Source of the DNA: an uncultured Nitrospiraceae bacterium
GTDB lineage: Bacteria > Nitrospirota > Nitrospiria > Nitrospirales > Nitrospiraceae
Length of the DNA stretch: 64,000 nucleotides
Assembly: GCA_963730935.1 (NCBI GenBank)
Contig: CAVSTP010000003.1
Coordinates: 288,001-352,000, forward strand
Reading direction: 5' to 3'
Each line of letters opens with the position of its first letter. Position 1 is the stretch's first letter. The translations under genes and the position numbers were made by a program. Positions 48,446-58,086 of the stretch are shown piece by piece. The notes beneath the pieces are model-generated. The model saw only the letters and a program-made list of their open reading frames with translations. It had not been told where the DNA came from and did not search any database.

Positions 48446-51400
48446 ATGCCGCTCTCTGTTTTCCATCCCCTCATTGCTGACTGGTTCGCTTCATCTGTCG
48501 GCACCCCCACTGACGTGCAGGTTCAGGCCTGGCCTGCGATCCAGTCCGGGCAGGATGCTCTCATCGCCGCACCGACCGGCTCGGGAAAGACGTTTGCGGC
48601 CTTTCTGTCCTCCATCGATCAACTGTTCAAACAAGCGCTCACCTGTGAGCTCGACGACCGGACGCAGGTTCTGTACGTTTCCCCGCTGAAGGCTCTGAGC
48701 AACGACATCCAGAAAAACCTTCGGCAGCCGCTGGCCGAGATCGGTGAGGCGGCCCTCCAAGCCGGACTCCTCATGCCCGAGCTGCGGGTGCTGGTCCGGA
48801 CAGGCGACACGCCGATGGCGGATCGCCAGCAGATGCTCAAGCGGCCGCCGCACATCCTCGTGACGACGCCGGAATCTCTGTTCATCCTGCTCACGGCCGA
48901 GAAAAGCCGGCGCCTGTTGCAAACCGTCCGGACCGTGATCGTCGATGAAATCCATGCCATTGCGCCGAACAAGCGCGGAGCGCATTTAGCGCTCTCACTG
49001 GAACGCCTGGAAGCCTTGACGCTCACAAAACCTCAGCGAATCGGGTTGTCGGCCACGCAGCGTCCCATCGAATTGGTGGCGAAATTCCTGGCCGGAGACC
49101 GTCCGCTTCCGACGGTCATCGACGTCGGTCACAAGCGGCGGATGGACGTTGGGATCGAAGTCCCGAAGGACGAGTTGAGCGCGGTCGTCACCAACGCCAT
49201 TTGGTCGGATATCTATGATCGTGTGGCCGAGCTAGTACGAGCGCACCGGACAACGCTCGTGTTTGTCAACACACGCCGGTTGGCCGAGCGAGTCTCGCAC
49301 CATTTGGAAGAGCGGCTGAAAGACCTCGGACCAGGCGCGGTGGCAGCGCACCACGGAAGCCTGTCGCGGCAGATCCGGCTTTCTGCGGAAGAGCGCCTCA
49401 AGAGCGGCACGACCCGCGTCGTAGTGGCCACGGCATCCTTGGAGCTGGGCATCGACGTCGGAACGGTGGATCTGGTGTGTCAGATCGGTTCGCCGCGGGC
49501 CATCGCCACCTGTTTGCAGCGGATCGGCCGCGCAGGGCATTGGGTCAGGGCGATTCCGAAGGGCCGGCTCTTCGCCACGACGCGCGACGAATTGCTCGAA
49601 TGTGCGGCGCTAATACGGGCCATGAGGGCGGGAACATTGGATCGCATTTGGGTGCCTCCGGCGCCGTTGGATATTCTCGCTCAACAACTCGTCGCCGCCG
49701 CCGCGACGCAATCGTGGTCTGAAGCCGACCTCTACACACTCGTCCGCCGTGCGTTTCCCTATCGAGAGCTCGAGCGAACGGAATTCAATCGCCTTGTGCG
49801 CATGCTGGCGGAAGGCATCTCAACGAATCGAGGACGCGGACTGGCCTATCTGCACCATGATCGCATCCATCACACGGTGAAAGGGCGGCGGGGCGCGAGG
49901 TTGGCTGCGATCACGTCCGGAGGCGCGATTCCCGATACGGCCAATTATGCGGTGGTGTCAGAGCCGGAGGGGACGGTCGTGGGGTCGGTCGATGAGGATT
50001 TTGCGGTGGAGAGCCTGGCCGGCGACATCATCCTGCTGGGCAACACCTCCTGGCGCATCAAAGGCGTGGAAATGGGGAGAGTGCGCGTCGAAGATGCGCA
50101 TGGCGCGCCGCCGAACATTCCGTTCTGGCGGGGCGAGGCCCCCTCGCGCACCTCCGAGCTCTCGGCCGAAGTGGCCGATGTACGCAGGGAAATCGCAGAG
50201 AGAGCGCTCAACGCACAGCACTCGGCCCTTCACTGGCTTATACAGGAATGTGGCCTGGACGCGCGTGGCGCCCAGCAGGCCGTCGAGTACGTGCTGAGCG
50301 GCCGCTCCGTTCTCGGAACGGTACCCACGCAGGCCACCATTGTGGCTGAACGGTTTTTCGACGAAAGCGGCGGAATGCAACTTGTCATTCACGCCCCCTT
50401 CGGTGGGCGCATCAACAAGGCCTGGGGATTGGCCTTGCGCAAGCGCTTCTGTGTCACCTTTGATTTCGAACTCCAAGCTGCGGCCACTGATAACGGTCTG
50501 GTTATCTCGCTCGGCGAAAAACACAGTTTCCCGTTGGAATCCGTGTTCGGCTATCTGCATTCGCAAACGGTGCGGGAAGTGCTGCTGCACGCCGTGCTGG
50601 CCGCGCCCATGTTCGCCACACGCTGGCGTTGGAACGCCTCGCGCTCGCTGGCGCTGCTGCGCTTCTCAAACGGCAAGAAAGTTCCCCCGCAGATCCAGCG
50701 GATGAAAGCCGAGGATCTGCTCGCGGCAGTCTTCCCCGATGCGATTGCCTGCCAGGACAATATGACGGGGGATCGAGAGCGCCGGATTCCCGACCATCCG
50801 TTGGTCCAGGAAACGCTGCGCGACTGCCTGACTGAAGCCATGGACGTCGAGGGGCTGACGCAGGTGTTACAACGAATCGAGGCCGGGGAGATTCGCTGCG
50901 TCGCCGTCGACACGCCGACACCCTCGCCCTTTTCGCACGAAATATTGAATGCCAATCCTTACGCCTTCCTCGACGACGCGCCGCTCGAGGAGCGTCGGGC
51001 GAGGGCCGTGGAACTGCGCCGAACCCTGCCGGTGGAGCTGGCCGGCGAGGTCGGGGCATTGGATCCTGTGGCCATCGACGAAGTGGTCAGGGAATCCTGG
51101 CCGGTTGTGCGTGATGTCGATGAGTTGCACGATGCGCTGCTCTCGCTCGTCTGGCTTCCTGGCGGAGAGGTGTCGGGTTGGCAGCAGTTCATGACGGAGC
51201 TGAAGCATTCAGGACGCGCCGCCGAACTGACCGCCATCGATGGAGCACATCGCATCAGTGGATGGGTGGCCGTGGAGCATGCGGCCGATGTTGCACGGCT
51301 GTTGGCAGGAGACGGCGATGAACGGACCCTCGATACCATTGTGCTGGGCTGGGTGGAGAGCATCGGTCCAACGACGGCGCGGGAATTGACCGCGCGGTTA

Positions 51401-52750
51401 CATCTGCCGAAGGGAAGTCTGGAAGACGCTCTGGTCCGTCTCGAAAGCCAGGGCCAAGTCCTCCGCGGCCAGTTTCGGCCTAGTGGCCAAAATGCGGATT
51501 TCAAATCTCAAATGGCAAATGATGAAGGGCAGACCACGGCGCTTGAGTGGTGTCATCGCCGGCTGCTCGCCCGGATTCATCGCCGCACCGTTGGGAAACT
51601 GCGCAAGGAGATTGAGCCCGTCGCCACGGCGGATTTCATGCGGTTTCTCTTCCAGTGGCAGCATGTCGCGCCTGGTTCCCGCCAACACGGGGAGGCCGGT
51701 TTGCTCGAGGTGGTCAGGCAGCTGGCGGGATTTGAGGTGGCGGCCTCAAGTTGGGACACGCAACTGCTCCGTCTGCGAATGGGCAAATATGAACCTGCAC
51801 TGCTCGACCGCCTATGCCTGAGCGGAGCGGTGAGCTGGGGACGACTGGCGCCTCATCCCAGGCTGATGGACCAAACTGCTCGTGAAGAAGGCCGCCGGAT
51901 TACGCCGACCAGCCTGGCTCCGATCAGCCTTTTCCCTCGTGAAGAGGGCGTATGGCTGCTGGAGGCGTTACGAGACAATTTCGGGACGGGGCCTGAGCCG
52001 TATGCCGCCTTGAGCGCCGTCGCGCGAAACCTTCGACGGGTCTTGGAGGAACGAGGCGCCAGTTTCTTTGCGGACCTCGTAGGATCAACGGGTCATCTGC
52101 CAGCGGAAGTCGAAGAGGCCCTGTGGGAATTGGTGGCCGCCGGATTGGTCACTGCCGACGGGTTCGATAATCTGCGTGCGCTCATGGATCCGCGCCGTCG
52201 TCGGGCCGAAGGTCGTGAGCGCGCGCGCCGGCCGCGCCATGCCGCCGGCCGATGGTCGCTGCTGAGGACGACGAAAACGTCTGTCGCAACAAGCCAAGGC
52301 CAGGCGCATTCGCACTCCGCATTGGCGGAGCGAGGTGCGCGGCAATTGCTACGCCGGTATGGGGTGGTCTTCAGGGATCTGTTGGCTCGCGAAGTACTGG
52401 TGCAGTCTTGGCGCGACTTGCTCGTCGTGTATCGACGGATGGAATTGAAAGGAGAAGTCCGCGGCGGGCGATTCGTCTCTGGTTATGTCGGAGAGCAGTT
52501 TGCCTTGCCGGAAGCCGTTGAGGCGCTCCGGGCCATCAAGAAGCATCCGGGGTCAGCCGCCGGTGTAGAAATCAAGCTCTCCGCTTGTGATCCCTTAAAC
52601 CTCAGCGGCGTGATTCTGCCCGGTCCCCGGGTACCAGCCGTGCCGAGCAACTTCATCGTATTCCGTGATGGCCTGCCCGTTCGCACTGTAACGGCGCGGA
52701 ATGATGACCTTCGCACGCGCGAAGTCGCGCAACTCTCCCATGGGATATAG
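48446..52750 (+). CDS. lhr: Lhr-family DEAD/H-box helicase (long form with C-terminal winged-helix domain)
   Basis: APTGSGKT, SPLKALSNDI, TTPESL, DEIH, SAT, HHGSL, LELGID, QRIGRAGH, RYGVVFR. Confidence 0.92.
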   Translation: MPLSVFHPLIADWFASSVGTPTDVQVQAWPAIQSGQDALIAAPTGSGKTFAAFLSSIDQLFKQALTCELDDRTQVLYVSPLKALSNDIQKNLRQPLAEIGEAALQAGLLMPELRVLVRTGDTPMADRQQMLKRPPHILVTTPESLFILLTAEKSRRLLQTVRTVIVDEIHAIAPNKRGAHLALSLERLEALTLTKPQRIGLSATQRPIELVAKFLAGDRPLPTVIDVGHKRRMDVGIEVPKDELSAVVTNAIWSDIYDRVAELVRAHRTTLVFVNTRRLAERVSHHLEERLKDLGPGAVAAHHGSLSRQIRLSAEERLKSGTTRVVVATASLELGIDVGTVDLVCQIGSPRAIATCLQRIGRAGHWVRAIPKGRLFATTRDELLECAALIRAMRAGTLDRIWVPPAPLDILAQQLVAAAATQSWSEADLYTLVRRAFPYRELERTEFNRLVRMLAEGISTNRGRGLAYLHHDRIHHTVKGRRGARLAAITSGGAIPDTANYAVVSEPEGTVVGSVDEDFAVESLAGDIILLGNTSWRIKGVEMGRVRVEDAHGAPPNIPFWRGEAPSRTSELSAEVADVRREIAERALNAQHSALHWLIQECGLDARGAQQAVEYVLSGRSVLGTVPTQATIVAERFFDESGGMQLVIHAPFGGRINKAWGLALRKRFCVTFDFELQAAATDNGLVISLGEKHSFPLESVFGYLHSQTVREVLLHAVLAAPMFATRWRWNASRSLALLRFSNGKKVPPQIQRMKAEDLLAAVFPDAIACQDNMTGDRERRIPDHPLVQETLRDCLTEAMDVEGLTQVLQRIEAGEIRCVAVDTPTPSPFSHEILNANPYAFLDDAPLEERRARAVELRRTLPVELAGEVGALDPVAIDEVVRESWPVVRDVDELHDALLSLVWLPGGEVSGWQQFMTELKHSGRAAELTAIDGAHRISGWVAVEHAADVARLLAGDGDERTLDTIVLGWVESIGPTTARELTARLHLPKGSLEDALVRLESQGQVLRGQFRPSGQNADFKSQMANDEGQTTALEWCHRRLLARIHRRTVGKLRKEIEPVATADFMRFLFQWQHVAPGSRQHGEAGLLEVVRQLAGFEVAASSWDTQLLRLRMGKYEPALLDRLCLSGAVSWGRLAPHPRLMDQTAREEGRRITPTSLAPISLFPREEGVWLLEALRDNFGTGPEPYAALSAVARNLRRVLEERGASFFADLVGSTGHLPAEVEEALWELVAAGLVTADGFDNLRALMDPRRRRAEGRERARRPRHAAGRWSLLRTTKTSVATSQGQAHSHSALAERGARQLLRRYGVVFRDLLAREVLVQSWRDLLVVYRRMELKGEVRGGRFVSGYVGEQFALPEAVEALRAIKKHPGSAAGVEIKLSACDPLNLSGVILPGPRVPAVPSNFIVFRDGLPVRTVTARNDDLRTREVAQLSHGI

Positions 52751-52782
52751 ATTCGGTCCGCGATGCAATTCTGAGCCGCCGG

Positions 52783-53181
52783 TCAACGGGATACAGTGGC
52801 TGCTGGCGACGGATTTGTCACGAGCAGCGCAAGGGTCTCTTGGGGATTGCTCTGGTGCTCCATCATCAATGGATAGCGGGACTGCGCATGGGCGTAAAAT
52901 GATGCTCGCCGATCTTGCGGGATCCCCATCAGCGTGCTTAAGGAAGCAAGATACTCGCCTTGTCCATTTGCCATGTCTTGCTTGAGGTTCTCGAAGTTAA
53001 ACGCCATGAAGGCATTGACCCTTTGATCTTCCTTGACCAGGCCATCCTCTGTGAACCACGATCTTCCGGATGTGGAGGAGAGAAAATTGTTGATCGTTTC
53101 GGTAATACTGCAGGCTGAGAGAGAGAGAACCAGCGCTGCGGCACCGAAGAGAAGCGTCAGTATGTGTCTTGGTTGTCCCAT
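52783..53181 (-). CDS. DUF3015-like lipoprotein
   Basis: Lipobox LSAC; NFENLKQDMANGQGEYLASL. Confidence 0.75.
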   Translation of the reverse strand: MGQPRHILTLLFGAAALVLSLSACSITETINNFLSSTSGRSWFTEDGLVKEDQRVNAFMAFNFENLKQDMANGQGEYLASLSTLMGIPQDRRASFYAHAQSRYPLMMEHQSNPQETLALLVTNPSPAATVSR

Positions 53182-53303
53182 GGCCGCCTCCTGATTGGTG
53201 ATTGATCAGATGTGAGCCTTACTCTAGAGCAGACAGTGAGGAAGGATCAAGTCACTGTCTGTTCATGAGGACAAGGGGCGCCCCGAGTTGCCTCAGGCAC
53301 ACA

Positions 53304-53331
53304 GCGTGGAAAGGATAGACACTTTCCACGC
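53304..53331. terminator. Hairpin downstream of the DUF2330 fusion gene
   Basis: GCGTGGAAAG-8 nt-CTTTCCACGC, 10-bp perfect stem 14 nt past the stop codon. Confidence 0.55.
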
Positions 53332-53345
53332 GGCAGCAGGATTAT

Positions 53346-55559
53346 TCAATTATTCCATAACCGCTGATACCACTTTTTCTCGTCACTCGTCGGCCGGGCG
53401 GCGAGATTCATGGCCTTCCGGATCTCACTGATATTCCAGCCGGTCAGCGTCGCCACTGTCTGTGCCTGTCGTTCATAACGGCCATGTAGCTGTTCGCGAT
53501 AAGTCGCAGCCGCGGCGCAGTCGTCCTGTCCGGCCCAGGGGTGACGGAGAATATACCGGACCTGGAAATTTGCTCGATCGGAGGTTTCCTGAAACAACAG
53601 GTCTTCCGGAAAATGCCCCTCGTCATAGCGGACATGGAGGCGCGTCAGAAACACATTCTGTGCCTGCGGGGCCCTGCCGGGACGGCCGTGGGGCTCCAGC
53701 CAGAACACGCCGAGACTCCGGAGCTCTTCCCCTGAAAGCGGATCTGCCGCGCAGGGGTCGCACCAGGTCATATCCCAGGCATATTCCAGGAACACGCCGC
53801 GGTGCTGTTCTCGCTTCACTTGCTGGGCAAACAGGTCGCGGTAGAAGTCGCCGAATCGGTCTTTGACGTACAGCGGAATTTCTTGCGCCTCCGGCACGCG
53901 CACCGTGCGATAGTTCGTGGTTTCGACCCTCCCTTGCCTCGTGAGGAAGTACACGAACAGTTCTTGAGGGCCGTCTGCATTGACGGTTCCCAAGCGGATC
54001 GGCAGCATGAATCTCGGCGACTCGAACGCGATCTGAAGCGGCCGCAAATGGGTGAGGCCCAGCTTCGCCTGTTCGCCCAGATTGACCTTCGCAACGAAGA
54101 ATTTGAGGTTCTGTCTGATGTAACTGTGCAGCACCGAAGAGGCGCCTTTGGGAATGCGGTACCCGTTCTCAGTGAGCCAGGTTTCGAGTCCGGCGCTCTC
54201 GTGTGCCGAGAGGATGAGAATGTCGTATTCACCGACGGTGTATTGCGCCTCTACCGTCACGCCGAGCGCCTTTTCCCGCTCGCGCTGGAGCGAGGGACTC
54301 GATTTGGCCATCAAGTCCATGGCCCGGCTTTCGGGGTAGAGCGCCTGGCAGGGGTTGGCATCGAAGTACTCGACAAGCCTTGGAGCGGAATAGTCAGCCA
54401 GATGCTTCAGCACCGCTGCATCGCCGACATGGATCTGCGTCTTCTCGAGCACAGTCGGCACGGGTACGACCAGCGCAAATTCTTTCACGTCACCCTTGAA
54501 GTCGTTTGCCATCGTGATGACCGTTTTGTCCTCAGCCCTGGCAATGGCCACCTCGGACGCCTTATTGAAAAGTTTACTGTCGGCCTTTGCGACGTAGAAG
54601 CCGCAGAACGCCGAGGCCGACCCGCTCCAAACAAGTAGGCCGGTCATGAGCGACAGCACACAGACGAGCGGACGTGTCATAACAACCTCCTTTGGTAAGG
54701 TAATTGACATTCTGAGCGGAACCGGCACGTGACCGTCAGATGGACGTGTCCAGTCGTAGCGCGAGCCCGGGAAACACCGATCGATCAATGGCACGAGCGG
54801 CGAGCAGATAAGCAAAGCCCAGAGCGGGCCGTGGGGACGAAACAGGACAAGCTGCACGCATAGCGCAGCCAGCGCCACCAACAAGGTGAAGAGGAGGCGG
54901 CCTGTGCGGGAGTCCGGCGTGGTCTTCGGGTCGGTGATCATGAAGAACGAGAAGATGAGGAGTGTGCCGCTCTCAACTTGATGCAAGGGAATCGAGAGCG
55001 GATCGCCGAGCCATAGCGCCCGTGTGATCAAGAGACCGACGTAAAAGCCGAGAAACGACAGCGTCACGTCCGCCCGCATCGCGCGGGTGACGACGAGGCT
55101 GCCAAGACAGGCGATGAGAAATCCGAGCCAGGCCGCTTGTCCCCATTGACCGGGAGAGATCCAGCCCAGGCCGCCGGTCATCACGGCGAGCAGCGCCAGA
55201 TTGGTGGGATTGAAGATATGTTTGTTATGCCAACGGATCGTGAACTTGCTCGCAATCGCGATGCCTGCGCCCAGGGCCGCCACGGCCAGATAGTTCGTGC
55301 GCAGAAAAATGCAGAGTCCGACGGCCGAAACGATCGCGCTCAGCGGGTCGAACGCCGGCAGCTTATACAGGCGGGTCCCAGCATATTGGGTCAGGAGCGC
55401 CGTCCCGAACGTTAAGGCAATCTGGAAGATCGAGACGTCGAAGTGCAGCCACAGCAGGCCGTACGCAAGCAGGGTACCGAGGCTTGCGATCTGGTACAAG
55501 CGGGGATCGAAGGAGCGAAAGCGAGAGCTGACACGCTCAACTAGACGATCGCAGTTCAT
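53346..55559 (-). CDS. Fusion: RnfD/NqrB-like membrane domain plus DUF2330 exported domain
   Basis: N-half hydrophobic with HIFNP and FFMITDPKTTP; C-half AFCGFYVA...LVEYFD...EYAWD...CDPC...LTRLH; internal SD and ATG at 54680. Confidence 0.82.
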   Translation of the reverse strand: MNCDRLVERVSSRFRSFDPRLYQIASLGTLLAYGLLWLHFDVSIFQIALTFGTALLTQYAGTRLYKLPAFDPLSAIVSAVGLCIFLRTNYLAVAALGAGIAIASKFTIRWHNKHIFNPTNLALLAVMTGGLGWISPGQWGQAAWLGFLIACLGSLVVTRAMRADVTLSFLGFYVGLLITRALWLGDPLSIPLHQVESGTLLIFSFFMITDPKTTPDSRTGRLLFTLLVALAALCVQLVLFRPHGPLWALLICSPLVPLIDRCFPGSRYDWTRPSDGHVPVPLRMSITLPKEVVMTRPLVCVLSLMTGLLVWSGSASAFCGFYVAKADSKLFNKASEVAIARAEDKTVITMANDFKGDVKEFALVVPVPTVLEKTQIHVGDAAVLKHLADYSAPRLVEYFDANPCQALYPESRAMDLMAKSSPSLQREREKALGVTVEAQYTVGEYDILILSAHESAGLETWLTENGYRIPKGASSVLHSYIRQNLKFFVAKVNLGEQAKLGLTHLRPLQIAFESPRFMLPIRLGTVNADGPQELFVYFLTRQGRVETTNYRTVRVPEAQEIPLYVKDRFGDFYRDLFAQQVKREQHRGVFLEYAWDMTWCDPCAADPLSGEELRSLGVFWLEPHGRPGRAPQAQNVFLTRLHVRYDEGHFPEDLLFQETSDRANFQVRYILRHPWAGQDDCAAAATYREQLHGRYERQAQTVATLTGWNISEIRKAMNLAARPTSDEKKWYQRLWNN

Positions 55560-55680
55560 CCGGCACCTCGTGAGTGGGACGTCTATCCGTTCTTACTCAC
55601 GGTATGGCGCCAGCCAACGAATCCTTTCACGGCTGGAACGAAAACATTTTGCGAGCTGCAAAGCGTCTGAGCATGATGTG

Positions 55681-55709
55681 TTGACAAGTGCTGGCGGGGA
55701 CGTAAGAAT
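55681..55709 (+). promoter_or_regulatory. sigma70-type promoter of the SMR gene
   Basis: TTGACA-17 nt-AAGAAT. Confidence 0.55.
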
Positions 55710-55763
55710 CGCGCGCCTGCTGTCCACCTCTGTGCTTGCTATGGTGCGTGAAAGGAATTCTCT

Positions 55764-56084
55764 ATGGCGTGGGGCATATTGTTTCTTGCGGGGCTGTTTG
55801 AGACCGGTTGGGCGATCGGGTTGAAATATACGGATGGGTTCACGCGTCTGTGGCCCACGGTGTGGACCGTATTCGCGATGATCATCAGCCTGTGGCTTTT
55901 GGGTATCGCGGTGAAGACACTTCCCGTCGGAACGGCTTACAGCGTGTGGGTCGGCGTGGGGGCAGTCGGTACTGTGGCGCTGGGGATTGCACTTTTGGGG
56001 GAACCTGCGAATGCCGCGCGGTTGATCAGCGTGGGGCTGATCATTGCGGGCATCATCGGACTGAAATTGGCCACGCCGGCGTAG
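55764..56084 (+). CDS. sugE: SMR-family exporter SugE/Gdx
   Basis: [45 protein letters not shown]. Confidence 0.92.
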   Translation: MAWGILFLAGLFETGWAIGLKYTDGFTRLWPTVWTVFAMIISLWLLGIAVKTLPVGTAYSVWVGVGAVGTVALGIALLGEPANAARLISVGLIIAGIIGLKLATPA

Positions 56085-56119
56085 TGTTCCCGTGCGTCCG
56101 GCACCGGGCAGCAGACTCG

Positions 56120-56386
56120 TTACTCGGCTCGCGCTTTCATCTCCTTGGTTTTGCCTTTGACACGTTCGCCGCCGCCTTTCACGTTGCCCTTCGCCCGCTC
56201 CATTTCAGCCTTCGTTTTGTTGCCCTTCGCTTCTTCCGTGAGGGCCTTGGCCTCGCCTTTGGCTTCCTGGTAGTCCGCCTTCATCTCACCGTTGGCTTTT
56301 TCCGTCTTGGCCTTCGTTTCACCGGCGACAGCCGCCACACCCGTGCCGCCTACGATGGCCATCCCGATCAGTGTGATCACGAACAT
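56120..56386 (-). CDS. Small exported Lys/Glu/Ala-rich protein (CsbD/LEA-like)
   Basis: Hydrophobic N-terminus, repeated E(R/E)AKG motifs, upstream AAGGAGG. Confidence 0.7.
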   Translation of the reverse strand: MFVITLIGMAIVGGTGVAAVAGETKAKTEKANGEMKADYQEAKGEAKALTEEAKGNKTKAEMERAKGNVKGGGERVKGKTKEMKARAE

Positions 56387-56496
56387 TCTTCGGATAGCGC
56401 CTCCTTGAAATGATAAACCGTCTCTTCTGATCTAAGCGCGCTTCCTCGCAGGCCGTACTGGAATCTTCCCTAGGAATAAGGTGGGAGAAGGCCTGA

Positions 56497-58086
56497 TTAT
56501 GCTCGTTGAGCCTGGAAGAGCTCGGTCACTGTTTGAATCGTGTCGGCCTCGTGAGCCGACTTGTCGGGCCGGTAACGTTTCACGCGGGCGAAGCGGAGGG
56601 CGAGTCCGGCGGGATAGCGCGGAGATTCCTGGATGTCGCTGAAGGCGATCTCGACGACCAGTTCAGGCCGAACGAACACGGTCTGGTCTTCACGGCGAGT
56701 TTCCAGGCCTAGCAGCTGTTCGGTCTGCAGGCGCAGCATGTCATCGGTCAGTCCCTTGAAGGTTTTTCCCAGCATCACGAATTGGCCGGTGACCGGATCG
56801 TGCGCGCCGAGATGTAGATTCGACAGCCAGCCTTGCCGACGACCGTTGCCCCATTCGGCTGCGAGAACGACTAAGTCAAGGGTGGTGGCTTCCTTCACCT
56901 TGAGCCAATGAAACCCTCGCTGCCCCGCAATGTAAGGAGCCGCAAGCGATTTGGCCATGACGCCTTCGTGGCCAGCCGCTAGGGATTGGGCCAAGAAGTG
57001 CCGGGCTTCTTCCGGCTGGGATGTGATCAGACGTGGGATTGCGGCCTCCGGTGCGATGGATGCCAGGAGGCTCGTGCGGTCTTCATAGGAAGAAGTCAGC
57101 AGCGACTTGCCGTCCACATACAACGCGTCGAACACGAATGGCGACAAGGGAATGGATTCCCGCATGGCTGCAACGTCTTTAATCCGTCCCAGTCGGCGCA
57201 TCGTGATCTGAAAGGGCTCAGGCCTGCCGTCTGGCCGCAGGGCGATCGCTTCACCGTCCAGGACCGTCTCCCGCACTGGGAGGTGGCGCGCCCACTCGAC
57301 CAGCTCCGGCAGCCGTCCCGTGACATCTTGGAGTTGTCGCGTGAAGAGCCGCACATCGTCGCCGCCCTTGTGGACCTGGATGCGGGCCCCGTCCAGCTTG
57401 TATTCAAAGGCGGCGTTTTGGAGACGCTCGAGCGCGGCGTCAATGTCCTCGGCGCTCGTGGCCAGCATCGGCGCCACGGGAACAAACAGGCGCAGCGAGT
57501 AGCGTCCGAGACCCGCTGCTCCTTCCGTGAGGACGGCCTGCGCCAGATCTCCAAGATGGGGGGCGAACATGAAGGCCTGTCGGACATCGGCCGGCGGCAG
57601 TCCGGAGGCCGCCGCAATCGCGTCGAGGAGGACGCCTTCGAGCGCCCCCTGTCTGAGTTCCCCGATGAGCAGTTGTGAGAGAAACCGGCGCTCGTTCGGA
57701 TGCGCGCGGTTGAAGAGGTCTCTCAGTTCGGCGATGCGTCGCTCGGTAGAACCGGTCCCGCGCTCGGCGGCCAGCCGGTCCAGCGCCTTGTCCACGTCGC
57801 TCAGGGTGAGCGGCTCGCCGGCTGGAGGACCCGGGAAAGGCGTGCTTCCGAGCACACCGGGGTGGGTGGGTGAGAAAGAGGGAGCCTCCTGCATCGCGTG
57901 TTGAATGAGATTCCACCCGATGCCGATCTTGCCTTGCGGCAGAGAGCCGCTGAGGTACAGTGCCGTCAGCACTGCCTCGTGCCCGCTCGTCGCACGCAGG
58001 GTCTCGGCGAGGACGCGGATTTTTTCAGATTTCTTGGTGGTCGAGCGGACTTGCTCCACCGCTTCCACTAGGCGGGCGAGCTCCAT
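56497..58086 (-). CDS. ATP-dependent DNA ligase (LigB/archaeal-like)
   Basis: EYKLDGARIQVH, DGEA, FDAL, EGVMAK, WLKVK, ALRFARV. Confidence 0.95.
   Translation of the reverse strand: MELARLVEAVEQVRSTTKKSEKIRVLAETLRATSGHEAVLTALYLSGSLPQGKIGIGWNLIQHAMQEAPSFSPTHPGVLGSTPFPGPPAGEPLTLSDVDKALDRLAAERGTGSTERRIAELRDLFNRAHPNERRFLSQLLIGELRQGALEGVLLDAIAAASGLPPADVRQAFMFAPHLGDLAQAVLTEGAAGLGRYSLRLFVPVAPMLATSAEDIDAALERLQNAAFEYKLDGARIQVHKGGDDVRLFTRQLQDVTGRLPELVEWARHLPVRETVLDGEAIALRPDGRPEPFQITMRRLGRIKDVAAMRESIPLSPFVFDALYVDGKSLLTSSYEDRTSLLASIAPEAAIPRLITSQPEEARHFLAQSLAAGHEGVMAKSLAAPYIAGQRGFHWLKVKEATTLDLVVLAAEWGNGRRQGWLSNLHLGAHDPVTGQFVMLGKTFKGLTDDMLRLQTEQLLGLETRREDQTVFVRPELVVEIAFSDIQESPRYPAGLALRFARVKRYRPDKSAHEADTIQTVTELFQAQRA
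57830..57877 (+). repeat. Copy of dispersed structured repeat module inside the ligase CDS
   Basis: CCCGGGAAAGGC-GTGCT-TCCG-AGCAC-ACCGGGGTGGGTGGGTGAGAAA. Confidence 0.65.

Noticed and set aside
55690..55763. Guanidine riboswitch upstream of sugE/gdx
   Set aside because: No paired ACGR-loop hairpins (guanidine-II) or ykkC-type motifs; the predicted promoter leaves only a short leader
48446..58086. Lhr plus ATP-dependent ligase as the known Lhr-MPE-ligase-exonuclease operon
   Set aside because: Opposite strands, separated by four unrelated genes; no metallophosphoesterase or exonuclease; Lhr is the long form
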